Shown piece after piece: positions 12,574-25,015 of a stretch of 64,000 nucleotides of DNA; position 1 is the first letter of the stretch; each line of letters starts with the position of its first letter. This DNA comes from Eutreptiella sp. 'Long Island Sound 2002'. Taxonomy: Eukaryota > Protista > Euglenida. The notes beneath the pieces are model-generated. The model made no database searches, was not told the origin of the DNA, and saw only the letters and a program-made list of their open reading frames with translations. A program made the position numbers and the translations under genes. The DNA lies in assembly GCA_964036045.1 (NCBI GenBank), contig OZ038379.1:12276001-12340000 (forward strand), read 5' to 3'.

Positions 12574-14579
12574 AACGAATGAAAAAGCAAGAAGAAAGTG
12601 GTCCTAAAGCATTGGGAACGCCGAGTGGCCACCAATTTTCTTCTGTTGTGTAGACTGGGATGTAGACAATGTTTGGATCCACGAAGTGCGTTCATGGTAT
12701 CGCCAAACAAGTGCACACGGCAAGCTTCAAGGTAACCAACACCGCACGTAGTGTCGCGTCATTTGTTGTGTGACCTTCGTAGTCCTCTAGTCCTAGAAGC
12801 CATCTTTTCACCTTCTCGAACCCGAATTCCGCGGCCACTTGGTTTGACGGGTTTTGGTTGCCATGCCGAACCGATCCAAAATGATCGTAACGTCGGGAAT
12901 TTTGCAAGACAAGCTAGTTGCTCGTGTTCAACTCAAGAAAGCTCGGCCTTCGTCTTTTTCACTTGTCATGTGTAGATGATGCTTCGGATACTTCGCCGAA
13001 GCATGGAGAACAATACCATTTGTGTTTTGCGGACATTCCAAATCGAGATCGGAGTACTAGGCGCTATTGGAAGCTTGTGGTCACCGAGTCTCCGCGAGTT
13101 GCACATCAAAGGTGTTGATTGGTGGTGTGCAGAAGAAGTTGACCCAAGCATAGGGTCTAGGGGCGGGTGGAGGGGGGGGGGGGGCGGGCAAAGGCTGGTT
13201 CAACCGAGCGGGTTTGCCGTTGCACCACCTCCACCCAAACCTAGCGTGAGCCACATGTTATCGCTATCCAAGAACAAGGGCTACACGCCCAACCACACTA
13301 GCTTGACAAACACGGCGATCACTACCATGAGGCATGGACCAAAGGGCCGGATTTCACCTGATGAAACGTCACCGCGTAACATTGACACCAACTCCATTTG
13401 ATTAAGCAACGAGACTTGGGCGGGATGGGCCGGCTTTGAAACACACTAGTGGTTTTTGTTGGTTCTTGTGCAGTACTTGTGTGGAAGCCCTCCCTCCTAG
13501 CCAATATCTTCTTCAACATTAAGGATGCTATGTGCCAAAATGTCCACAATTTTCCCACCTTAATTTGGGGCCTCCCAAAAAAAATCCCCCTTCAAATTAT
13601 CCCCCCCCCCCCCCCCCCGACGATATTTCTTTGCAAAGATATCAATGTGTGTGTGCTACGGTGTCCCATCCCTTGTGTCCCCCAACTCTCCAAAGGGCGT
13701 ACCCAATGTGTATCCTAGAAACAAAAACTGAGTATCTTAGCAAACGTAAAGTCTCACTAACTCCGGCAAGCAAGACTCCAACAGTCACCATGAAACAACG
13801 CATCCGTCGAGTCTCCACCAGGAGGTGGGGCTATCGATGGAGACAGACTGGGTTTGTCATGAGGGCGCCCGCTCGTTCTTATTACAGCTGCCATGACTGC
13901 GATGGTGGGTTCACATGGAATCAGTGCCGTGCAGAAGTAGAGCCAGGAAGTCCATGCCAAAGCCAACACTTCCACCACCACCACCGAATCGCCCCTAGTC
14001 AGCGGGCAGAGCTCGCGATAATATGCAAAGGCCAACAGTACCCCAAAGGGTACCTCGTCCCCGGCAGCGGTATGTGTTGTTTGGTCAAGCGTGAGGCGAG
14101 TTCCAGCAGAGATATGGTCAACGGCGGGGATGCGGTACGGACGGCTCAGCTCAGGGGCACATAGGACATAGCCCTGGTACTAGGGGAGTGGGACACAGAC
14201 ACAGAGGGGGACAGGGCTGGGGAGTGTCAAGCCCCCTCAAAATTGAAGGTTTGGGCGGTTTGCAGGGGCTCCTGTGAACTGAGCCTGCACAAAAGGGCAG
14301 TGCTGAGCTTGTGTCAATTAGCCAAAACCTGAAATTGCCTCAAACTGGGTTCAAGAACTTTGGGGAGTTGGGGGGTTGGGGGTGGGTGGGGGGGGGGGGA
14401 TGAACCAGGGTGCCCCTTGGCTCCGCGCTAGTCAGCTTGCCGCACATTTTCAAACCAGTGCAAACCATGACACAAGCTATTGACACCTGCTATTGACACA
14501 AGCTAGTGACGCAAGCTCTTGACACAAGACATTGGCACCAACTGTTGATGCAAGCTATTGACACAAGATTTTGACGCCG

Positions 14580-16170
14580 CAAGCTATTGGAATGTGCCAG
14601 CGTGCAGCAAGCCGGCCCTATGCAGCATGAATTATTTAGGGTAACCAACATGTCACAGGGCTCTCCCATTCCCATTTCAATTCTGGTACCTGCACTGTGC
14701 ACCTGAAAGTGCCAGCGAGCGACGAACATGCCCCGTGCCGCATGAATCATTTGGAGTCAACCAACATGTCACAATGTCTCCATTTCCAAAGTCCCACCAC
14801 CAGAAAACTGCGCCACCCTCCCCTCCCCTCACGCGACTCACAGCGAGAAGAGGGCTTGGCAGAAGAGGCAACGGTGGACGTAGGCCAATGGGGACTCCTG
14901 AGTGCTCATAGCTTGTTTCCCCTTGCCCCAGACGTCTTGCCCAGATTCAACCTGTGGTTGCAAGCCCCACCACGAGAAAAATGCCGACCCCGCCCCCCCC
15001 AACCACCACACCACATTCCTCGTCACTGGCCACCACCAACGCGACTAACAGCGGGAAGAGGGCATGACAGAAGGAGCAACGGTGGACGTAGGCCAATGGG
15101 GACTCTCCAGTGCTCATAGCCCGTTTCCCCTTGCCCCGGACGTCCGGGCCAAATTCAGTTGTGGTTGCAGCGTCCCGCCACCAGAAAACTGCCATCCCCC
15201 CCCCGTCACGCCACATTCCTCATCACTGCCCAACGTCACGAAATTCATTTAACACCAGTTCCCACTTCCTGCGGTTGAGTGCCTCTCAGTCAATTCTGAT
15301 GTCTGCACTGAGCACCTGAAAGTACCAGCGTGCAGCGAACCAATCCGATGCAGCATGAATCGTTTGGGTTAACCAACACGTCGCAAGATTCTCCCATTCC
15401 CAACTGGTGAGTGCCCCTCAGTCAACTCTGATGCCTGCACTGTGCCCTGAATGTGCCATCGCGCAGCAAAGCGGCCCTGTGCAACATGAACCTTTCGGTT
15501 GACCAACAAGTCACAGGGCTCTTCCATTCCCATTTCTACTGGTGCCTGCACTATGCATCTGCATGTGCCAGCGCACAGTGAACCTGCCTAGTGCAGGGTG
15601 AATGCTTTGGACTCAACGAACCGTAGGATGCCACTCAATCGATTTGACTGCCCGCACTACGCCCTGCATGAGCCATCGCGCAGCAAGCCGGCCCTATGCA
15701 GCATGAATCATTTAGGGTAACCAGCGTGTCACAGGGCTCTCCCATTCCCATTTCAATTCTGGCACCTGCACTGTGCACCTGAAAGTGCCAGCGAGCGACG
15801 AACATGCCCTGTGCAGCATGAATCATTTGGAGTCAACCAACATGTCACAATGTCTCCATTTCCAAAGTCCCACCACCAGAAAACTGCGCCACCCCCCCCC
15901 CCACCCATCCATCAGACCACGTTACGTCACTGCCCACCAACAACGTGACTCACAGCGAGAAGAGGGCCTGACAGAAGAGGCAACGGTGGACGTAGGCCAA
16001 TGGGGACTCCCGAGTGCTCATAGCCTGTTTCCCCTTGCCCCAGACGTCCGGCCCAGATTCAACCTGTGGTTACAACCCCCACCACCAGAAAAATGCCTCC
16101 CCCCCCCCCCCCACCACCACACCACATTCCTCGTCACTACCCACCAACAACGCGACTAACAGCAGTAAGA
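14580..16170 (+). repeat. Complex degenerate tandem repeat (~120-bp subunits; ~14600-15190 repeated at ~15680-16160)
   Basis: GCAGCATGAATCATTT...CAGGGCTCTCCCATTCCCATTTC...CTGCACTGTGCACCTGAAAGT recurs. ORFs 14697 and 15773 are near-identical, offset 1076. Confidence 0.85.
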
Positions 16171-17312
16171 CGTGGCAGTGGAACGAACCCCTCGTACATG
16201 ACGCAAAGCCCCACCGGAAGCAAAATTGCACGACCACACTTCTGGGGTTGCAAGGCTGAACCGTTGCGATGGCACTGTGTGCAGTGTTGTCATCGCATGT
16301 AGGCGAGGTGGGGGAGGTGGTACTGGATACGATGTGGCATGATGTGAATAGTGTCCTGCACACAGTGGTGGGTAGAAGGGTGTGCATTGCTGTGGGTAGC
16401 GTGGGCCATCTCCCAGCCTCGGGTTCAGTTTCCTAGCCTACAGTGTGTGTTGCAGTGACTGGCACCGTGCCCCGATCACGTTGAGTGTGACCAGGTGCTC
16501 TCACTCAAGGTTTTTCAAGGTCTGGCGCGGGGCATCGCCTGCGTGGCAACACCAAGACTGCAGCCGATGGTCTTTACAGTCGGCCCTAGCACTGTCATAC
16601 AGCCCTGTTTCAATCATCCGTGATTTGAACGGCTGCCGCCATTTGGGGCTGCCGACGGTGGCTTGCCCAACGGAGGGGACCACCTCGGTGACGATCCATG
16701 GGCATATTCTGGCTACTGTACAATTTGCATAGAATGTGTGCCATTAGAATAAGCTGCTGCAGAATTTCCCTGGCACAGCCCCCCCCCCCCCCGTCCATCA
16801 GAATAAGCTGCTGCAGAATTTCCCTGGCACAGCCCCCCCCCCCCCCGCTGTGTTTGCTTTGATTGCTCTCAAGACTGTTTCGATGTTTGTCGCTTCATAG
16901 CCTCAGACTGGCCGGTCTCTCGCTCACCAAAGTGATAGTTCAGAGGCGTTGATGTTGGATGAGTGGAATGTGCTCAGCAGCAGCACCGCGGTCTGCGCAT
17001 GGGTAGAAGTGCTTCATGATATCCAGAACCCCCCCCCCCCTCTCCCCCCATGGGTGTCGCCAGCACTGGAGGAACACCAAGGGGCAGAAGCACATCTGTG
17101 GGCATAAGGCCCATTTTCATCTCCCAAAAAACACTTCCTGACCGTCTGTCGACAAAAAATCCGGACAATTTCCTGGTGAAACCCAACCCTCTGCCTACAT
17201 CTGTATCACCCGGCACACGTACTGAGCCTTTCCTGCACGCACCCCATGGGTCTGCTCAGGAGGTCACTGTTGGGTTCGGATTTACTGCAAGCATGTTTGT
17301 CTGTGTTTTCAG

Positions 17313-17417
17313 GTTGCATCCACTGATCCATCGCACGCCGAGGCCAAACGGAAGTTTGTTGACATGCTGAACGAGAAATTGGCCCTGCAGCAGCAGGAGA
17401 CCAAGGAGACAAAAAAG
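17313..17417 (+). CDS. Isolated exon, coiled-coil-like (VASTDPSHAEAKRKFVDMLNEKLALQQQETKETKK), gene unknown
   Basis: TGTTTTCAG| acceptor and AAG|GTGATG donor; 105 nt, phase 0-0, natural amino-acid composition. Confidence 0.5.
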
Positions 17418-17929
17418 GTGATGGACCCTAAAGTGCAGGTTGACTGCCTTTCAGACTGTGCGTCACACTACGTTTTGTGCACTCCACCCCTCTACACAGC
17501 GTATGTGTTTAGAGTGTAGTGGCTGAAGGGCGATTCCCCTGGGTTGAAAATGAGCCGAAATAGTGCCAGACCCGGAGCCAAAGCATGGGGTATGAAGATG
17601 TGGCGAAAGAGTTTTTGCGGTGGAGTGCATGGGCTACGAAGGCTGCCACTGCCCTTCGTCAATGGTACCTTCCCTACCCCCTTTGAAATCCCCCCGCCCC
17701 CAGGGGGGGAACCGTCACCTTGGCCCAGAAAGCATAGGAAATACTAGGCGCCGAAGGCGCCAAAGCAAATTTCTACAAGGCGCCGAAGCTGACCTGCACT
17801 GTGATACTATGGTACACATTTGTGGTGAGCCCCCCCTCCCCCCCTTGGACCCCCCCCATCCCCCACCTCCCTTAAGCAAAACTCTGGGGTCGGGTTTTGA
17901 GCCCCTCATTTTCCTATTATCTCAAAATG

Positions 17930-18240
17930 AGGCGGGTGTGTGGCCGGGGGCGTGTCCGGGAGCGCGTGCATGTGGGGGTGCATGCACATGTCAGGGTAGG
18001 TGGGCGGGCGGGTGGGCACGTGTGTCGCGGGCGTGTCAGGGCGGGCAGCCTGGCGTGTTGGTGTGGGCGGGAGGGCGTGTCGGGCGGGCGCAGTGGGGCG
18101 GGCAGGCACGTGTGTCTACACCGGCAGGCACGTGTCTCAGGGTGGGCAGGCGGGCGTGTCACGGTGGGCAGGCGGGCATGTTGGGGCTGGCTGGTAGGCG
18201 TGTCAGGGTGGATGGGCGGTCGTGTCGGGGCGGGCAGCTA
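17930..18240 (+). repeat. GC-rich degenerate minisatellite (GGGCGGGCAGG/GGCGTGTC units)
   Basis: Directly visible. Confidence 0.75.
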
Positions 18241-19133
18241 ATTTTTTTTGCGTGAATCTTGCACACTTTACCGGGACAATCACCATGTTGATGCTGGTTT
18301 TGTCAATGCCATGTAGATTATGTGGTCATAAGGCGGGAGGCGGGCCCATTCCCTGTATGCGGACCCCCCCCCCCCCCACCTTGCCCTATGTTTGACAGAT
18401 TGTAGCTTCAGGATCATGATACCAATGGTGCTGCTGATTTCACATTTCAACGTTGAGGAAAGTTGAGTAAGCGTAGGATTAGCGAACACCAAAGTCAATG
18501 CAGTTGCCCAGCACAGAATTTTGTTGTGTGTCATTGTCCAATGCAGGACCTTTTCTCTGTGCTTCACTTTGCTTCTCCTACAACCCCACCACTGACCGCT
18601 AATCCGAATCAAAGAAGGGTCCGTGTTCCAGGAGTAGGGGTAGGGCTGGGGTTATCAGGGCCTTTCTTTTGGCCTAACACTACTCCAAACCTGAAAAAGT
18701 GAACCCAGAAAAATAATGCGAATTTTATAGTGCGGATTGAGGGGCATACCCCTGCGCCTACCACACTCCCTCTTCCAAGCCCGCCCAGGTTTAAAGCACC
18801 ATGGGCCCGCTTTTGGGTTACTCGTGCGCTTTTGGCTCATTTTTTACTGTGCGATGCCACCAGCGGGTGTTCCCTTCAATGGATCTGCACAGCGTGTGAT
18901 ATGTGTGGGCCGGCGAGTGGGTCTGTCACATGGCAGACCACAAGGGGGCGGGGGGTTGCCTAGTGCACACAAAATGCGTGCACCTGCAAAAGGGGGGGGG
19001 GGGCGCCACAAGAGATGTGTACAGGATGTGATATGGGCTGTGAAATGAGTTGTGCTGATCTTGGAGATTAACCCCGGTCTTTGATCTCCTGCGTGGCCAA
19101 CGCTCGCCAGTCTGCACGGCTTGCGTGTTGTAG

Positions 19134-19237
19134 GAGCAGCTGGTGCTTACACAATGTAAGTGGGTGGAGCTGACGTGGGCGGACCCCGAATCCAGTGATC
19201 TGCTGCAGAGCCCTGACGAGGGCACCATCATGGGACG
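19134..19237 (+). CDS. Exon of unknown gene (EQLVLTQCKWVELTWADPESSDLLQSPDEGTIMGR); duplicated near 43657-43763
   Basis: GTGTTGTAG| acceptor and CG|GTATGT donor, phase 0-2. Confidence 0.45.
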
Positions 19238-19610
19238 GTATGTGTGTGTGTGCCTACGTGAAAAGAAGTGCTGCCCACAAGGGGGGCCTTGGGGACCGGC
19301 ATGATGCTCTTTGTTGGGCACTGTGCAAAGTGCGTTGCCACGGGTCTTGTGGGGGCCCTTTTTGTTCTTCTTTCTGCCCTCGGGACCCCCCCCCCCCCTG
19401 CACCTGGTGCACCGTCCTGCCAGCCGCCAACCGTCGTCAGTTGACCGCCAACCGCCGCTGTTGAACCGCTGATTGCCCCTGTTCATCGAGGGCCCACCAA
19501 TCCGTCCCTCTTTGTGACAGAAAGGTACCCATGGTCCTCCACAGCCACTGACGGGGCTTTCTTCTGCTTCATGCGCTGCTAACGCTTGCCGGCTTACTGC
19601 CACAACCCAG

Positions 19611-19641
19611 TCTTCTTTCTGGGCCAAGGGGGGGTTTCCAG
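19611..19641 (+). CDS. Micro-exon (R)LLSGPRGGFQ continuing the previous exon
   Basis: GCTAAC branch-like site at ~19578, CCCAG| acceptor and CAG|GTGAGA donor. Phase 2-0 matches the flanking exons. Confidence 0.4.
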
Positions 19642-19849
19642 GTGAGAAATTCTGTGGAACGAATCCTGCACGACAGTTGTGTAGGGCTTGTGTGGCATAT
19701 TCTCGTAGCCCCACCACCACAGGCCAAAGCGCACTACAAAAAATATGATGTGATTTGACATGCACACAGCACAAGTTTCCTCAGTTTGGCAGTAGTAGGC
19801 TCCTGCCAAGCATTCAAGTACTCACCCTCGTCTGTGCCGACCGGCCCAG

Positions 19850-19981
19850 GTCTGGCGCGAGGCATCGTGTGCGCGTCAAGACCAAGACTGCAGCCTATGG
19901 TCTTTGCAGTCGGCCCTCGCACTGTCATACAGCCCTGTTCCAACCATCCGTGGTGTGAACGCCTGCCGCCACTGCCGTTGA
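19850..19981 (+). pseudogene. Exon-like segment with a CE-clan (Ulp1-like) protease-type Q..DC motif; paralog at 16520-16732
   Basis: CCCAG|GTCTGG gives VWREASCARQDQDCSLWSLQSALALSYSP, then an early stop. The paralog reads VWRGASPAWQHQDCSRWSLQSALALSYSP. The motif resemblance is weak. Confidence 0.25.
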
Positions 19982-20844
19982 CCGCCAACCACCATCGATG
20001 CAGCACTCGCCATGAAATCCGGGGCCAAAGGCGCCGAACCAAACCTCTATTGCCTTCGGCAACACACCTCGAAGCGTAGAGGGGACTGTGTTACCTGTGG
20101 GCACACGACGAGTACCACTCACATGAATGCGGCAAGACTACGCACCTTCATATATGAGCTTTGAACATGGTGCGTGGTCACATGTTGAAGGTACGGGTTG
20201 CTGTGCTATTGGGGCAGCAAACTGGTTAAGCAATTTGTGCACCAGTTTCTTGGGGACTCCCGTCCACAGCACCCAAGGCATATGGCCATTGCCAACCAGT
20301 TCCGAATGTTGCCAGAGGGGGGGGCGGGGGCGGGGTGAGACAAGTCTCAAGACTTAGGTTGCATTGGTAACATAGGCAGCGCAAAGCAAAACACAAATTC
20401 AACATGCATAGAAGACACCACCCCCTGCCATGATGCCGCGATGATCATTGCCAAGTGATCATTGTTGCCGGCACCACTTGGCACGCCTTTCCGTGATCTT
20501 TTCCAGCAAAGGCGGTACCGCACGCTCGTGTCCGATTTAACAGGAGGCCACGGATATCCCCGGATTCCACAACAGCCACAAACGGACACCCATTGGCTTC
20601 ACATCTTGCGCCTGAGCGGGGGCGGGACCGGTGATGTGCAATATGCCGCAGACACAGCTTTGGCCGTTTTCGGATGGCGGTAGTTGTATTGTTTTCAGGC
20701 GTTTCGGCCGTTTTTGCACAGCGTTATTTGGATTAATTTTTGGCGATTTTAGCCATTTTCGGACACCGCTGTTAGCCCACCATTTTCTCGAGGGGTGGCA
20801 GGTCATGGCAGCAATTCATTAAGAATTTTTTTGTGGGGGAGGGG

Positions 20845-21276
20845 CAGAGTTTTGCTTAACAACTCAGCATCTCCTTGGGGGGGGGGGGGGCTAACACCCC
20901 TCCCTCTCGGACCCGATTTGACCAACACCCATGATTTCATGATCTTCGAGCTTTGCAACTTGCATATCTGTTCATAAGAAGCATCAACATTGCGAGCACA
21001 TATTCAAATTTCGTCCCAAAAAAGTTGCCTTTATACGCGTAGTCATGTGGTACCTGGCTTTTGCGGTTAATAGTGCCGTCAAAGCGTTAGGAGGTTGATT
21101 TTTTTGACAGGCAGCATCTGACAAACCTACAGAAGCCAGTGATGCGATTTGAAACATTGTGGGAAAAAAGTGAAATGTACAACAGGAAATATTGATTTGG
21201 GCTAATTTTTTTGGTACACAAACTGTTGGACTTTTGGGTTCCAGACCCCCCGCGCCCCCTTTTAAGCAAAACTCAG
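20845..21276. mobile_element. hAT-type MITE, 432 bp (second copy 45371-45801)
   Basis: TIRs CAGAGTTTTGCTTAA ... TTAAGCAAAACTCAG, with a perfect 8-bp TSD GGGAGGGG at 20837-20844 and 21277-21284. Confidence 0.85.
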
Positions 21277-22500
21277 GGGAGGGGGTCAAAAGAACCCCCC
21301 AAAAACGTGGTAGACCTCAAAAGCATCGGCAAGCAACGCCAATGCGCACACTCGGCACTGAGCAAAGGGAAGAGGGTGGGGGACGGTTCTGGGCCGGGGG
21401 GGGGAGACCACAAATACCAGAGGTCTTCGAAGGAACCCCCTGTCTCTCAGTCGCACACCCGCTCTTCTCAGGCGAAGAATGGAGCCGGCGGATGCACAGC
21501 CCACGTGCAAATCCGTGGTGGAGGAGGACTGACCCTGGGGTCCTGGAAGAGGGGTTACAGTTGGCGATGGGACATGCGAGCGGAGCAAGCAGGCGGTACC
21601 AATTCGGAACGGCTTGCAGTCCATGCTACAGGAGGCGGATCGTGAAGATGGCTGCTCATAGGAAGCCACTCTGCGTCGAAACCTGAAGGACCGCACCAGA
21701 AAGGCGCACACGGGGGCGGCGTACAAATTCTTGGGGCACAGTGCAGAGCTGCGCAGGGGCGCAGGGTGGGACCGCGAAGGGGCGCAGGGCAAGGTGGCGC
21801 AAGGGCGCAGCATGGGGTTGCGCAGGGGTGCAGCAATGGGCACGGCATGACCTTCAGAAAGAGGGCCAGAAAGAGAGGGGGCTGATGTACAGGCATCTGC
21901 TGGAGATGGTGTAAAGGCCAGGGATGTATTAGAACGACCGTTTACCGTCGGAGGAGGGGGGATCCCCCCCCCCCCCCGCTGGACCCCTCTCCCCCCCCCC
22001 CCCGCCCCTCCTCCCGTTCCACTGTTTGAGGCAGAATTTTCTTCTGCGCCTTTGGTGCAACAGGATTTAAGCTTAAAATTTTTTTTCTGGCACCTTTGAC
22101 GCCGGGGTCAGGGGGACCATACAAGGATCCAGTATATCCAATACATCTCTGGTAGAGGCCCCCCGGGTGCACCTAGGGTTGGTCGTGCTTTGAGATGACG
22201 CTGGATGAAGTCGAAGGCATCGGTATCCACCGCTTGGCAGTCATGGGGCAGCTTGTAGGGGTCCTGGAGCACGTCGACTGTACGATCACCTCAGCCCCAG
22301 AGACCCCGTGCTTTGCGGAGACGAATACCTGCCGTGGGCGTGGGTTCCTCTGGGCTTTGATGTTCACTGGCGCTTAGCCACGATGGAGATGGCGGCCGCG
22401 GAGTACGTCCGCACCCCGTCCCCCCTTTACAGACCCCCACACCTTCGTCAAAGGCTGTCTTCAATTGGTTGATTTTTTTTTACCATTTTAGGCGGGTGCC

Positions 22501-22885
22501 CAGAATTTTGCTTCACAACTCAACATCTCGCGGGTGGGGGGTGGGGTGGGGGGGATCTAACACCCCCCCCAAAGCCCCCGGTAAGTGATTGGGCCGCATT
22601 GTCCATTGGCCGACAAGGACGGTCAGGGATGGCAATAAGAAGCGCGGGTGGAGATGGGACATGGGAGTGGGTTCGGGCCCTAGTCCCCTGTCTGCCCTGT
22701 CCTGCCACCCCCCCCCCCCCCCAATGTACAGCTGCAGTAGTATGGCATTTGTTGGTCTTCTGGGAACGGGGGGTTTCAGTCGGGTTTGTTGTGCCCCGTC
22801 CCATGTGAAGACAAAGGCCTCACAATCCTCTGCGGGGTTGGGGTCCCCCCCGCACAGCTCAGCCCCACCCTTTAGCAACGCTCTG
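22501..22885. mobile_element. hAT-type MITE of the same family, 385 bp (second copy 47025-47410)
   Basis: Ends CAGAATTTTGCTTCA ... TTTAGCAACGCTCTG; 8-bp TSD CGGGTGCC/CGTGTGCC (7/8). The 5' region is homologous to the 20845 element. Confidence 0.7.
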
Positions 22886-23084
22886 CGTGTGCCTCGTGGG
22901 TTCATTTGTATGTCTGCGGGAATGCCCTGTTTCGGTTTCACACGTGGCGACTGGGGAGCGGGTTCTGACCCCCGGCTTGCGTGAACCTGACCGCCCACTT
23001 GTGTCACCATTCCCTTGCCCGTGTGGACTCAAATGGAATTACGAGGGGATTCGAGAATGTCGCCAAAACGCCACAAAGAATACG

Positions 23085-23475
23085 TCACCCTCTTTTGGGC
23101 CCCCATGAAGGCAGGGGTGAGGTAGCCACTTCTGATTTAGTTCTACTTTATTGGGGACCACTTCTGAATTTTTGCTCCCCGCGCTTGGTGTTGGGGATCC
23201 CCGAGAATGGGGTGACAAAGCATACCCGCCCTCTTTTGGGCCCCCGAGAAGGCAGGGGTGAGGTAGCCACTTCTGATTTTGTTCCCCTTTGTTGGTGACC
23301 ACTTCTGAATTTTTGCTCCCCGCGCTTGGCGTTGGGGATCCCCGAGAATGCAGGGGCACCATAGCATTTCCGCCCCCTTTTTGGCCCCCGAGAAGGCAGG
23401 GGTGAGGTAGCCACTTCTGATTTTGCTCCCCTTTGTTGGGGACCACTTCTGAATTTTTGCTCCCTGCGCTTGGCG
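23085..23475 (+). repeat. ~144-bp tandem repeat, about 3 units
   Basis: GGCCCCC...GAAGGCAGGGGTGAGGTAGCCACTTCTGATTT...ACCACTTCTGAATTTTTGCTCCC occurs three times. Confidence 0.9.
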
Positions 23476-23616
23476 TTGCAAGGCAAACATATGCTGAGGA
23501 CGATGGGGGATTGGACTGTCGAACCATAGCCTATTGGGGTGGAGTCTCCGGACTCGAGTCCAAGGGTTGTAGGGATGCGTCCATGGTACCCGGAGTCTGA
23601 GGCATTGCCTTTGCAA

Positions 23617-23862
23617 CTAGGAACAAAATAGAAACAACACCGTTTGTGTGCCTTTCCATAGTAGGTTTCCGTAGTAGTGATGCAGTAGCTCATGGTAGGT
23701 GGCTGTGTCAAACAAGGTACCCCTCGCCTTTGTCATAGCCACGCCCTTGTCCATGCCACAGTAAGTAGGGACCGTATTTATTTCAAACCTACTTGAATTC
23801 GGTACCAAATGTAGTGCAGTCACATAAGACATGGTCTTGGTGATGAATATGCCAGATACATA
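23617..23862 (-). pseudogene. M1/gluzincin aminopeptidase-like fragment (HELLH..YGNL)
   Basis: KTMSYVTALHLVPNSSRFEINTVPTYCGMDKGVAM...TYHELLHHYYGNLLW resembles the M1 pattern VP.F..GAMEN...HELAHQWFGNLV. It is bounded by stops. A ~165-bp block flanking it is duplicated at offset 411 (23474/23885). Confidence 0.35.
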
Positions 23863-25015
23863 GAGTCATCCTTAATATGTCTTCTGTTGCAAGGCATACA
23901 TATGCTGAGGACGATGGGGGATTGGACTGTCGGACCATAGCCTATTGGGGTGGAGTCTCCGGACTCGAGTCCAAGGGTTGTAGGGATGCGTCCATGGTAC
24001 CCGGAGTCTATGGCATTGCCTTTGCAACCAAAAACAAAATAGAAACAGCACCTATTTTTTCGGCAGTAAAACGGGTTACATGGCCGAGAAAAACGGGTTA
24101 ATAGCCCGTTTTCGTGCCGGTAAAACGGGTTACTTGCACGTTTTACATGTAAATAAACGAAATGAATAATATGTAATACATGAACATACATAATACATAA
24201 TTTAAATAATGGAAAACAATGATTTTGTGAACTAACAAGCGTAGCGTCATGACACAAGAACTTTTGCGGAGTAGCTGCGGAGTAGCGGCACGAGCAGACA
24301 ATTGGGTTTACGGTGGGTGCAAAAGTATTGAAATGCCCTCCCTTTAGCATTTACAGCATGAGGGCAAACACCTACGTACTATGCAATTGAACTTTATGAC
24401 ACTTGCTACTAACATCGGTGCTTGCACTCCATCATTTTGCGTTGATTCCAAAGCACAATATGCGGGTGAGACACATGCAGCCCATCCATGTCCTCAAAGC
24501 TTCATGATGCGTGACACTCAGATGGTTTATGTTCATCCTTGCTTCAAGAGACAAATACAAAACCTTAAGTTTAACCCTAGTGCATGCACGAAACAATACT
24601 AAACAATGCTTGCCTCGGCTCACTGGCCTGTTCAGTTGCCACCGTAGTGGCCAGTATAACATCGTTGTGACCGACAGCGTTCGCCTCCCCGCAGGGGACC
24701 CGACCAATACCCACACGTTCACGCACTCACTCACCCGCGTATTCTGTCATGTCCCGCCGACGAAAGCAAAGATACATTCAACATACAGTGCCCCGTCCCT
24801 GCCCATCATAGCTGGTCATGCGCGGATGTAACTCAATCGCGGCAGGGGGTGGGTGGGTGGGGTCAGAGCAGGCCACCCTCTCACCTTCAAACCCCCCCCC
24901 TGCGCCCACTACTGTCGCTCTTAAGCTGGACATCCCACCGCTCCCACTCCACAAAACAGCTATGAAGTGTGGCAGAAACCCGCCCCGATTAGTGGCAGGG
25001 GGTGGGGGGGGGGGG

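Noticed and set aside
23085-23475. CRISPR-like array
   Set aside because: Units are ~144-bp contiguous copies without unique spacers, no cas genes are present, and the context is eukaryotic.
24565-24568. piggyBac assignment because of TTAA at the insertion
   Set aside because: TTAA is not duplicated at the right junction, and the element encodes YR/RT rather than a DDE transposase.
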